Assembly: GCA_965225945.1 (NCBI GenBank)
Contig: CBDDBZ010000011.1
Coordinates: 1 to 33,462, forward strand
From: Alphaproteobacteria bacterium
GTDB lineage: Bacteria > Pseudomonadota > Alphaproteobacteria > GCA-2731375
DNA length: 33,462 bases
Reading direction: 5' to 3'
Shown: piece after piece, positions 20,294 through 27,986 of the stretch
Position numbering within the stretch: position 1 is the first letter of the stretch
Layout: every line of letters starts with the position of its first letter
Program-made: the position numbers and the translations under genes
Notes under the pieces: generated by a model
Told to the model about the DNA's origin: nothing
Database searches by the model: none
Seen by the model: the letters and a program-made list of their open reading frames with translations, nothing else

Positions 20294-21516
20294 CACAGTA
20301 CACGACTCGTTCATGCTGGCTTTGGCCTGGGCACCTGGACTGGTGGTTTTCCGGGGACGAGGAAACGAATCAGCTCAATGGCTTGACGCCTGTCGATAGG
20401 ATTGACGAGCTGTCGCCTTATCCACTCGAAACCGTATCGGAAGATGGATTTTGCCATCCTTTTGTGGGTTTTGAGGCGGATCGGCTCGGCCTCGTGGAGC
20501 CAATCGCCGACTTTGTGCGCCCAGCAGAAGGTGATGGAAAGGACGGCGGTGAGCTTGGAGATGCGCTCCGGGTCGGTCATGTGGGTGTCTTCGAGGTTGA
20601 AGCCACGGGTTTTCAAGGCGGCGAAGAGGGTCTTGATTTGCCAGCGCTGGGCGTAGATGGCCAAGGCCTCCTCGGGCGCGTCGTTGGTCACGACGATCAA
20701 CAGTTCGCCGGTCTTGAGATGGAGCGCGGCGACGAAGACGGGCCTGGCCTTGGGTTTTCTGGCCTCCGAGAGGCGCCTGGCGTTGGAGAGGATGCGGCTT
20801 TCCCCGGGTTTGAGGTCGCGAAACAGCTCCCTCGCCTTGACCATGCGACCACGCGTGTTGGCGATCTTGATGTTGGATCGGATGCGGATGTGAAAGGGGA
20901 TGGCCTTTTCCTGCAACCATGCCAGCCAGGCGTCGCCGATGAATTCCCGGTCGGCCAGGAGGCTGGCGATCTTGTCGACCCCGAAGAGCCGGAGGACGTG
21001 TTCGAGGATCGCGATCCGCTCCTTGGTATTGGAATTGCCCGCCTTGTCGAGCACCCGCCAGCACACGGGAATGGCGATGGCGCGGTTGACGATGCCGATC
21101 ATCAAGATGTTGACGTCGCGGCGACCCAGCCGCCAGTTGGTCCGGTCCATGGTCAGCCGCCACGGCCCCGCCTGGAGCCCCATCATCGCGACCAGGAACT
21201 CGGCGAGGCGATCGTAATCGAAATCGACTTGCTCGAAAAACCGTTGCAGGCGCCGATAGTTGGAGCTGGATCGCGCGCGCCCCGGAAAGTGGCAGGCCAA
21301 GTGAGAGAGGTTCACCGTCCGGGCGACGAACACGCCGAAGACCAAGACGCAAAGGCTCTCCAGACGGCTCTTGCGAAAGGCGAAGCCGCATCGTAGCGTC
21401 TCACGCAGGGCGTTGATCGGGTTGTCTCGCATGATTTCCCTCTTGACTCGTCGTGGAGTGAATCGGGAATCCTACAACCTTTTCAACGTCCTACGTAAAT
21501 GCCGTCGTGTACCATG
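20294..21516 (-). mobile_element. IS4-family insertion sequence, copy 1 (1223 bp)
   Basis: IRs CACAGTACACGAC/CATGGTACACGAC. 9-bp TSD GTGATTTAG (20285-20293, 21517-21525). Confidence 0.93.
20311..21432 (-). CDS. IS4-family DDE transposase, catalytic Glu replaced (E267K)
   Basis: LTMDRTNW, LLADREFIG, YAQRWQIKTLF (copy 2 has RWQIETLF), KTRGFNLEDTH. Confidence 0.9.
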   Translation of the reverse strand: MRDNPINALRETLRCGFAFRKSRLESLCVLVFGVFVARTVNLSHLACHFPGRARSSSNYRRLQRFFEQVDFDYDRLAEFLVAMMGLQAGPWRLTMDRTNWRLGRRDVNILMIGIVNRAIAIPVCWRVLDKAGNSNTKERIAILEHVLRLFGVDKIASLLADREFIGDAWLAWLQEKAIPFHIRIRSNIKIANTRGRMVKARELFRDLKPGESRILSNARRLSEARKPKARPVFVAALHLKTGELLIVVTNDAPEEALAIYAQRWQIKTLFAALKTRGFNLEDTHMTDPERISKLTAVLSITFCWAHKVGDWLHEAEPIRLKTHKRMAKSIFRYGFEWIRRQLVNPIDRRQAIELIRFLVPGKPPVQVPRPKPA

Positions 21517-21540
21517 GTGATTTAGAGTAAAAAGTTCAGT

Positions 21541-21843
21541 CTAAAGCACAGTCTCGAAGCCTTCGAACATGGGGTGCCCTTGATAGATGTCCTTGGCGCT
21601 CCCCGCGTTGGCGTGGGCTTTGCGAAAGGCTTCCGATTTCGTCCAGGCCTCAAAATGCCGCTTGCTCCGCCAAACCGAATGGGAGGCGTACAGCGTGTGG
21701 TCTTCCGCCTCGGGCCCGCGCAGCAAAGCGAATTCCTCGAACCCCGGGACCCCATCGAGATGGCTGTCCCGTTCCGCCCAGATGCGTTCGAATTCGGCCT
21801 CCTTGCCCTTCACGATGCGAAAGCGGTTCATGGCAATAAACAT
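21541..21843 (-). CDS. Antibiotic-biosynthesis-monooxygenase family, IsdG/HmuQ-like heme-degrading monooxygenase
   Basis: MFIAMNRF, VPGF, W.S...FEAWTKSEAFRKAH; the Asn/Trp/His triad of IsdG-type enzymes is present. SD GGAGG. 100 aa. Confidence 0.85.
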   Translation of the reverse strand: MFIAMNRFRIVKGKEAEFERIWAERDSHLDGVPGFEEFALLRGPEAEDHTLYASHSVWRSKRHFEAWTKSEAFRKAHANAGSAKDIYQGHPMFEGFETVL

Positions 21844-21919
21844 ATTTTCCTCCACGACTTTACCATACCCCAATTTCGAGCACGTGGGGGTCAGGGGTAG
21901 AATGTTGCCGTGCTTGGTC

Positions 21920-22234
21920 CTAAACCTGCTCCGCCGCAACATAGCGCTTGACGCCCAACTCGGCGGCGCGGCCGCGGATGGTCATGCTGTCGAAAAGAGC
22001 TTGCATGCGCAAAAGGAGATCGGCCTTGACCTCGAAGGCCAGTTCGATGCGCATGGCCATTTCCGGCGACAGCGAAGCTTTTTCATTGACCAGATCGGAC
22101 AAGGTGGCGGCCCGGACGCCCAGAACCCTGGCCGCCTTGGCGATGGAAAGCCCCAACTCGTTCAGGATCTCGGTGCGGACGAATTCACCGGGATGCACCG
22201 GCGCCATGCCCATTTGCAGTTTTTCCCTAGCCAT
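21920..22234 (-). CDS. higA: HigA family addiction-module antitoxin
   Basis: PVHPGEF..EIL..LGLS...AA..LGV...TLS.LVN.KA.LSPEMA.RIE.AF...A..LLRMQ HTH signature. Confidence 0.92.
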   Translation of the reverse strand: MAREKLQMGMAPVHPGEFVRTEILNELGLSIAKAARVLGVRAATLSDLVNEKASLSPEMAMRIELAFEVKADLLLRMQALFDSMTIRGRAAELGVKRYVAAEQV

Positions 22235-22291
22235 CAGTGATAATCCTCCAAATCCAAATCGACGACCGCGGGAAAAGGGGTCATTCTACTT

Positions 22292-23321
22292 CCTGATTAC
22301 GCATCAACCTCAGCCAATTTGAGGAGCCGATATGGCATGGGGGGCGTGCGCAGGGCGTCGCGTCCGAGGGCCTCGATCATGTCGGCGAGCCGGTAGCGGC
22401 GGTTATATCGGTATTGGAACGCCGCCAGGTAGCGCGGAACGTGTTTGGGCCGGATCGCATGGTAGGTGCCACGCAGGGTGTTCTTGAGATTGCCGAGGGT
22501 GGTGTTGACCCATTTGAAGGCCGGCACGGCGACGGCCCCTGGTCCGGAGCCGGTGGGTATCGGATGGTGGGCGCAGCCTTGCGCGGTGACCGCGGTGAAG
22601 CAGTTGAGCCCGTCGCTGAAGACGCTCGTCCCGGGGCTCAGGTCGCGCTTGGCCATCTTGGCGATTTCGGCCTTGCGGAAGCCCTTGACGCGGCGCAGCT
22701 TGATGCGCACGGGCTGGCCCTCCGCCGTGGTCTGGACGGCGGCGACGAACGGCGTCTTGCCCGGCGCGCCCCGGCCGCGCTTGGCCCCGGAACGGCGGCC
22801 GCCGAGGTAGGCGTCGTCCATCTCCACCCGCCCGGTGAGCGGCAATTTGGCGTCGCGCTCGAGCATGGATTGCATCAGTTTCTGCTTGATCTTCCAGGCC
22901 GTGGTCTGGGTGACGCCGAGCCGGCGGCCGAGTTCGATGGAGGAGATCCCCTTCTTCGATTGGGTCATGTGATAGATCGCCGAAAACCACAGGGTCAGCG
23001 CCAGCTTGGTCGCGTGGAAGAGCGTGCCGGCGGTCAGCGAGACTTGATGACGGCAGGCGGCGCATTGGTAGAGCTTGCGGCCGGCGATCTCGCAATGGCG
23101 CGTGGCGCCGCATCGGGGGCAGGAGAAGCCCTCCGGCCAACGCCAGCGGAACAGGGCCTCGCGACACTGCTCCTCGGTGCCGTACATTTCACGGAAACGC
23201 GGCTCGCTGAGCCCCTTCTGGAACTGAACCTTGTTGCGTGGCATTGTGAACCTCCAGAAAAACCACCAAATATTCACGATTTGTACCACATCAACCCGGC
23301 TGAGTAAAGTGCGTAATCAGG
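22292..23321 (-). mobile_element. IS1595-family (IS1595 subgroup) insertion sequence, 1030 bp
   Basis: 24-bp IRs starting CCTGATTACGCA (19/24 match). 8-bp TSD TTCTACTT (22284-22291, 23322-23329). Confidence 0.94.
22297..23244 (-). CDS. IS1595-family transposase
   Basis: MPRNKVQFQKGLS start after GGAGG. Zn ribbon CPRC..C..C, HTH, VEMDDAYLGG, FSDG, WVNTTLGNLK, YRYNRR. Confidence 0.93.
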   Translation of the reverse strand: MPRNKVQFQKGLSEPRFREMYGTEEQCREALFRWRWPEGFSCPRCGATRHCEIAGRKLYQCAACRHQVSLTAGTLFHATKLALTLWFSAIYHMTQSKKGISSIELGRRLGVTQTTAWKIKQKLMQSMLERDAKLPLTGRVEMDDAYLGGRRSGAKRGRGAPGKTPFVAAVQTTAEGQPVRIKLRRVKGFRKAEIAKMAKRDLSPGTSVFSDGLNCFTAVTAQGCAHHPIPTGSGPGAVAVPAFKWVNTTLGNLKNTLRGTYHAIRPKHVPRYLAAFQYRYNRRYRLADMIEALGRDALRTPPMPYRLLKLAEVDA

Positions 23322-23436
23322 TTCTACTTTACCGGCTGCTGCGGCGGGCCTCTTCGTGGCTCGTTTCGCCAGCGGAGGCGGAAAAGTAGAATGACCCCTT
23401 TTCCGCTGGCTGATCGAGACGATATCCATTCCCTAT

Positions 23437-23465
23437 ACCATACGGTAATACCGTATGTACGTCAA
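23437..23465 (-). promoter_or_regulatory. Putative higBA sigma70 promoter with palindromic operator
   Basis: Minus-strand TTGACG-17 nt-TATGGT. A 19-bp palindrome CATACGGTA-A-TACCGTATG (23439-23457) covers the spacer and -10. The higB ATG is 7 nt downstream of the -10. Confidence 0.7.
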
Positions 23466-23512
23466 ATCGTTTCGTCCATATCCACGATGGGTGGCAGGAT
23501 ACCGAGCGCTAA

Positions 23513-24444
23513 GAGTCCGACTCGAAACTCTATGTTGGATAACAGTACCTTGCGAGCCGTCTGGAGAGGAGTCTGATGTGGGCGACGAGGATCCATGCCT
23601 GGGCGGAAGCGATGGATTTCTCCCAGTCCTTGGCCAATCGGCGGCATCGGTTGAGCCAGGCGAAAGTCCTTTCGACCACCCATCGTCGGGGCAGGACCTC
23701 GAAGCCCTGGGCACCGTCGGAGCGCTTGATGATCTCCATCGTCCACGCGCCGATCTCCTCCAGGGCACCGCTCAGTTTCGGCCCTGCATAGGCGGCGTCG
23801 GCGAAGACGTGGCGCAGCCAGGGGAAGCGGTGGCGGATCGATTTGAGAACCTCCAGCGCGCCGTCCCGATCCTGGATGTCGGCGCCGTGCACGATCAGGC
23901 CGACCATCAGACCCAGGGTGTCGGTGACGATGTGGCGCTTGCGTCCCTTGATCTTCTTGCCCGCGTCATAGCCCCGAATACCGCCGCTTTCCGTGGTTTT
24001 CACGCTCTGACTGTCGATCACGCCGGCACTCGGACTGGCCTCGCGCCCTTCCAGTTCCCGGGCCGCCATGACCAGATGATGGTTGATGGTTTCCAACACG
24101 CCGTTCGAGCGCCAATCGTAGAAATAGCGCTGGACCGTGGACGGCGGCGGGAAGTCGTTCGGCAGCATCGCCCATTGGCAGCCCGTCGTGGCCATATACA
24201 TGATCGCGTCCATGACATTGCGCAGGTCCGTCGTGCGCGGCCGTCCGATCTTCTTGCCCGGCGGCATGAAGGGCTCGATCAGCGCCCACTCCCGATCCGT
24301 CAGGTCGCTTGCATAGCGCCCGCCACGGCGCTCATAATCTCGGCAAGTGATTTCGGTCCACATGTTGTGCCTCCTCGTTTGCTTTGACACAACCGAGTAA
24401 GCCACAACCGACTGAAATCACTCAACTAGTTTCGAGTTGGCCTC
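23513..24444 (-). mobile_element. IS5-family (IS1031-like) insertion sequence, 932 bp
   Basis: 17-bp IRs GAGTCCGACTCGAAACT/GAGGCCAACTCGAAACT. 3-bp TSD TAA (23510-23512, 24445-24447). Confidence 0.92.
23530..24363 (-). CDS. IS5-family transposase
   Basis: YASDLTDREW, GCQW..LP.DFPP.STV, IDSQSVK, GYDAGKKIKGRKRH, FADAAY, RWVVERTFAW. SD AGGAGG before MWTEI. Confidence 0.94.
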   Translation of the reverse strand: MWTEITCRDYERRGGRYASDLTDREWALIEPFMPPGKKIGRPRTTDLRNVMDAIMYMATTGCQWAMLPNDFPPPSTVQRYFYDWRSNGVLETINHHLVMAARELEGREASPSAGVIDSQSVKTTESGGIRGYDAGKKIKGRKRHIVTDTLGLMVGLIVHGADIQDRDGALEVLKSIRHRFPWLRHVFADAAYAGPKLSGALEEIGAWTMEIIKRSDGAQGFEVLPRRWVVERTFAWLNRCRRLAKDWEKSIASAQAWILVAHIRLLSRRLARYCYPT

Positions 24445-24447
24445 TAA

Positions 24448-24504
24448 GGAAAAGGTGTCATTCTGCTTTTTGGTCCGCGGATTAAAGTAGAATGACCCCT
24501 TTTC
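24448..24504. repeat. REPIN-like unit 2
   Basis: GGAAAAGGTGTCATTCTGCTTT-TTGGTCCGCGGATT-AAAGTAGAATGACCCCTTTTC. Confidence 0.82.
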
Positions 24505-24602
24505 TGGGCATATCCACGATGGGTGGCAGGATACCGAGCGCTCGCGTTGGCCTTGCGGCCCGCGAGAGCGCCGCCTGGAGCCCGGCTCGCGGTGAGGCGA
24601 CA

Positions 24603-24659
24603 GGAAAAGGGGTCATTCTGCTTTTTGGTCCGCGGATTAAAGTACAATGACCCCTTTTC
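24603..24659. repeat. REPIN-like unit 3
   Basis: GGAAAAGGGGTCATTCTGCTTT-TTGGTCCGCGGATT-AAAGTACAATGACCCCTTTTC; near-identical to unit 2. Confidence 0.82.
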
Positions 24660-24740
24660 TGCTTTTTTCAATGCTTTGATCGATACCTTCATATTCTGAA
24701 TTTGAGATATACCGTCGGCGACTCGTCGTTTTCGCCCGCG

Positions 24741-24974
24741 AAGGGCCGCCGGGTTCGCCAAGTGAAGCTCGAGGCCGGCGTCCATCAGGCCGTCGACCAG
24801 CCAACACCAGTTGTAGGTCGACTCGACCACCACGCCCGCAAGAGCGGCCCGATACGGCTCCAGCACGGCGACGATGAGCGCCAGCGAATTGCCGAGGCGC
24901 CCCTGGAAGACGACGCGGTCGTCCTCGTCGATCACCACGACGACGCTGTTGGTGGAATGCAAATCGATCCCGCA
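24741..24974 (-). pseudogene. IS110-family transposase N-terminal fragment
   Basis: CGIDLHSTNSVVVVIDE...VVVESTYNWCWLVDGLMDAG.ELHLANPAA, then similarity stops. No proper start. Confidence 0.85.
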
Positions 24975-25026
24975 TGTTCGCCGCTCGCGCCTTGTCGAGG
25001 CAGCTCTGCACCAAGGTTCAATGCTG

Positions 25027-26109
25027 CTAGTGTACCGACTCTAACGCCTGTCGCCCACGAGCGACTTTTTCGAGTATGGCGGTGGCGGAAGCGGTCCATA
25101 CGAAGGGTTTTGGATCGGCATTGTGGTGCTCGAGGTATTCCTGAATGGCTGTTTCGAGTTCGGCGACGCTCTTGAACACGCCGCAACGGATTTGATCGCT
25201 GGTGATCAGGCTGAAGAAGCGTTCGACCTGGCTGAGCCAGGAGGCGGATGTCGGAGTGAAGTGCATATGGAAGCGAGGATGTTTTGCCAACCACGCCTTG
25301 ACCTTGGGATGCTTGTGGGTGGCGTAGTTGTCGGCGATCAGATGCAGGTCGAGCTTCTTGGGCGTCTCGGCGTCGATACGGCGCAGGAATTTCAGCCATT
25401 CCTGATGGCGGTGCCGCTTCATGCAGTGGCCGATGACCTTGCCGGTGGCGACGTCGAGCGCGGCGAACAATGTCGTCGTGCCGTGGCGCTTGTAGTCATG
25501 CGTCATGGTGCCGGCTCGGCCCTTCTTGATCGGCAAGCCGGGCTGTGTGCGGTCGAGCGCCTGGATCTGGCTCTTCTCGTCGACCGAGAGAACCAGCGCC
25601 TTGTCCGGCGGATCGAGATAGAGACCGACGATATCGCGCACCTTCTCGACGAAGTGCTCGTCATTCGACAGCTTGAAGGTCTTCACCAGGTGCGGCTTGA
25701 GGCCGTGCGCCTTCCAGATCCGCTGCACGCTGGTGTAGCTGAGGCCGACGGCACGGGCCATCTTGCGGATGCTCCAATGCGTCGCCGCCTCCGGCGTCTC
25801 GTGCAAGGTCTTATGCACAACCCGCTCGATCACCTCGGCGCTCAGCGGCGGCTTGCGTCCCGGTCGCGTCGCATCGCGGCGCAGTCCGGCGATGCCTTTG
25901 GCAAGGTAGCGCTCCTGCCAGCGCCACACCGTCACCTTACTTTTGCCGACCAACCGGACGATCGTCATCGTGCCGATCCCGTCAGCCGACAGCAACACGA
26001 TCCGTGCCCGCCAAACCAGCTTCTGCGGCGTGTTCCGCCCAGAAACCAACCCTTCCAGCGTCGCCCGCTCCGCGGGAGACAGCCAGATGCATGCCAATGT
26101 CTTCGTCAT
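25027..26109 (-). CDS. IS630-family transposase
   Basis: RARIVLL, RPGRK, THWS, SVDEKSQIQALDRTQP, THDYKRHGTTTLFAAL, ADNYATHK, FTPTSASWLSQVERFF. Confidence 0.95.
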   Translation of the reverse strand: MTKTLACIWLSPAERATLEGLVSGRNTPQKLVWRARIVLLSADGIGTMTIVRLVGKSKVTVWRWQERYLAKGIAGLRRDATRPGRKPPLSAEVIERVVHKTLHETPEAATHWSIRKMARAVGLSYTSVQRIWKAHGLKPHLVKTFKLSNDEHFVEKVRDIVGLYLDPPDKALVLSVDEKSQIQALDRTQPGLPIKKGRAGTMTHDYKRHGTTTLFAALDVATGKVIGHCMKRHRHQEWLKFLRRIDAETPKKLDLHLIADNYATHKHPKVKAWLAKHPRFHMHFTPTSASWLSQVERFFSLITSDQIRCGVFKSVAELETAIQEYLEHHNADPKPFVWTASATAILEKVARGRQALESVH

Positions 26110-26166
26110 TCCCCCAGAATCGCAGAACGCAAGCCCTTTGGGAAACTTTTGTTAGGATCGGAACAC
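25030..26166 (-). mobile_element. IS630-family insertion sequence, 1137 bp
   Basis: Imperfect IRs GTGTACCGACTCTAA/GTGTTCCGATCCTAA. TA duplication within CTAG at both ends (25027-25030, 26166-26169). Confidence 0.9.
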
Positions 26167-26215
26167 TAGACATCACCAAGCGCGGCAACGTCCTGGCCGA
26201 GCGCGTCGATCGAGA

Positions 26216-27712
26216 CTAACCCCCCGCCGCCAGCGCCTCGGCCCGCTCGGTGAGCAACGCCCGGTCGATCTTGTTCGTACTCGCCAGCGGCATTTCGGCG
26301 AGGAAATGCACCTCGCGGGGATGCTGGTAGGCGGGTCCGCCGGCCAGCGCGTGGGCCTTGACGCCAGCGCCATCGACCTCGCCGCCCCGGGACCGAACCA
26401 CGAAGGCGATCGGCTTCATGCCCCGAATCTCGTCCGCCAGCCCCACCACGCAGGCCTGGTCTACGCCCGGGTGGCTCTCCAGCAGGCGCTCGACCTCGAG
26501 GGGATAGACGTTCTCGCCGTTGCAGACGAACATGTCGTCGGTCCGCCCGACGAAATAGTGAAAGCCTTGCGAGTCGCGGCGCATGATGTCGCCGGTGATG
26601 TAGTAGCCGTCCTCGGTCATAGCCTCGGCGGTCTTTTCCGGCAGGTTCAGATAGCCCAACATCAGGGCCGGGCAATCGACCTGCAACACCCCCTGGTCGG
26701 CGTCGAGGTCGGCGCGATCGGCGAGCCGCAGCCGGGCCTCGGCCAGCGGATAGCCGAGCGAGAGGTCGGGCGTCGCCAGTCCGTCGGGGTGGGCGCCGAA
26801 GTTACACGGACCGGCCTCCGTGGTGCCGTAGCCATAGACGATTCGGACCCCGGGAAAGCACTCGCGGAGAGCATCGAAGAGGCCCTGTGTCGCCGGCGCC
26901 GAACCCATGGCCACGACCGTGACCGAGCTCAGCTCGAGGCGGCGAAGCAACTCGTGCGATCGGACCACGCGGGCCAGCATCGGCGGCACCGAGGTGAGCC
27001 AGGTGCAGTGAAATCGCTCGATCGCCTCCAGATATCGCGCCTCGGTGAAGCGGGGCAGGATCACCTGGCTCGCGCCGGCGGCTTGCGCCAGCTTGGAATT
27101 CGCCAGCGCGTTCATGTGGTAGAGGGGTGCGGCCACCAGAAAGCGATGGCGGCCCGCGTCCTTGGTCGCGCCGATCCGCGTCTCGGCCACCCAAAGATGC
27201 CCCCGATGGGTCAGCGGCACCCCCTTCGGCAGGCCGGAGGAGCCGGAGGTGTAGAGAATCATGGCCACGTCCTCGGGCCCCGGCCGCACCACCTCGAAAT
27301 CACCCGCCGCCCCGAATCCCTCGCCGAGCACGGCCCGGGGCAGGCCGTCGGGCAGCAGGCCCTCGCGCTCGCCATCGACGAAGGCGAAGCAGACGCCGGC
27401 GTCCTTCAGGACGTAAGCAATGGTTTCCACGGGCAGGCGCCAATTGAGCGGGACCGAGATCATGCCGGCCCGCATCGTGGCGAAATAGGCGATCAGATAA
27501 TCGGCGCTGTTGGCCGCCAGGATGGCGATGCGCGCTCTCGCCCGGTGGCCCCGCGCGATGAGGCCCAGCGCCACCGCGTCGGCCAGGCGGTCGACCTCGC
27601 CGTGGCTGAGCGTGCGCGGGCTCTCCCACCGGCCGGCGTCGATCATCGCCACCGCCGAGGGTTCCGCGTTGCAGTTGAGATCGCCGAGATTGCCGCTTCG
27701 GCTCGCCACCAT
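26216..27712 (-). CDS. Class I adenylate-forming enzyme (acyl-CoA synthetase)
   Basis: YTSGSSGLPKG, YGYGTTE, TGD, GRTDDM, GENVYPLEVE, terminal Lys in LASTNKIDR. Confidence 0.93.
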   Translation of the reverse strand: MVASRSGNLGDLNCNAEPSAVAMIDAGRWESPRTLSHGEVDRLADAVALGLIARGHRARARIAILAANSADYLIAYFATMRAGMISVPLNWRLPVETIAYVLKDAGVCFAFVDGEREGLLPDGLPRAVLGEGFGAAGDFEVVRPGPEDVAMILYTSGSSGLPKGVPLTHRGHLWVAETRIGATKDAGRHRFLVAAPLYHMNALANSKLAQAAGASQVILPRFTEARYLEAIERFHCTWLTSVPPMLARVVRSHELLRRLELSSVTVVAMGSAPATQGLFDALRECFPGVRIVYGYGTTEAGPCNFGAHPDGLATPDLSLGYPLAEARLRLADRADLDADQGVLQVDCPALMLGYLNLPEKTAEAMTEDGYYITGDIMRRDSQGFHYFVGRTDDMFVCNGENVYPLEVERLLESHPGVDQACVVGLADEIRGMKPIAFVVRSRGGEVDGAGVKAHALAGGPAYQHPREVHFLAEMPLASTNKIDRALLTERAEALAAGG

Positions 27713-27719
27713 CCTCGCC

Positions 27720-27863
27720 TCAGCGCCCCGCGAAGACCGCCGCGCGCCGTTCGACGAAGGCGGCGCTACCCTCGCCTGCGTCCGCGCTCTGGGAGAGCCG
27801 CGGGTCGATCGCCGCGTAGCCGGCGAACCAACGCGCCTCGCCGTCGTGGTCCTTGGCGCTCAC
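27720..27863 (-). pseudogene. Enoyl-CoA hydratase/crotonase C-terminal remnant (47-codon ORF)
   Basis: Hand translation MSAKDHDGEARWFAGYAAIDPRLSQSADAGEGSAAFVERRAAVFAGR*. The tail matches the crotonase ending S.D..EG..AF.ERR...F.GR. Confidence 0.65.
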
Positions 27864-27986
27864 ATCCCGCTCCCAATTCCCCGGCCCGCCACCGGCATTC
27901 TAATCAAGCCATCGTCCGGGCGGCGAGGAAAACCGCCCGGCACTTCCCGCGTCGGCTAGACTGCCGCATCCAACCGGGGGACGGCC

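Larger units (their letters stand above)
22271..23404. repeat. REPIN-like unit 1 (inverted REP pair), split by IS1595
   Basis: Left arm GGAAAAGGGGTCATTCTACTT(T) at 22271-22291, right arm AAAGTAGAATGACCCCTTTTCC at 23383-23404. Forms a 22-bp IR once the IS is removed. Confidence 0.8.
22234..23429 (-). pseudogene. higB: HigB toxin remnant: only the N- and C-termini remain
   Basis: N-terminal MDIVSIS at 23429-23409. C-terminal AVVDLDLEDYH* at 22269-22234, with the TGA overlapping the higA ATG. The middle is occupied by a REPIN-like unit and IS1595. Confidence 0.8.
23477..24542. repeat. 34-bp exact direct repeat, 2 copies
   Basis: CATATCCACGATGGGTGGCAGGATACCGAGCGCT at 23477-23510 and 24509-24542. 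Confidence 0.85.

Noticed and set aside
21517-21546. Possible Irr/iron-control box TTTAGA...TCTAAA near the heme monooxygenase
   Set aside because: Spacing does not fit the TTTAGAA-N3-TTCTAAA consensus, and it lies at the gene's 3' end.
22271-24661. CRISPR or integron attC array
   Set aside because: The repeats are inverted pairs with shared spacers, have no RYYYAAC/GTTRRRY core sites, and no integrase or cas gene is present.
26169-26219. Plus-strand peptide DITKRGNVLA resembling an IS110 C-terminal ITK.GN motif
   Set aside because: Too short, and the surrounding residues do not continue the similarity.
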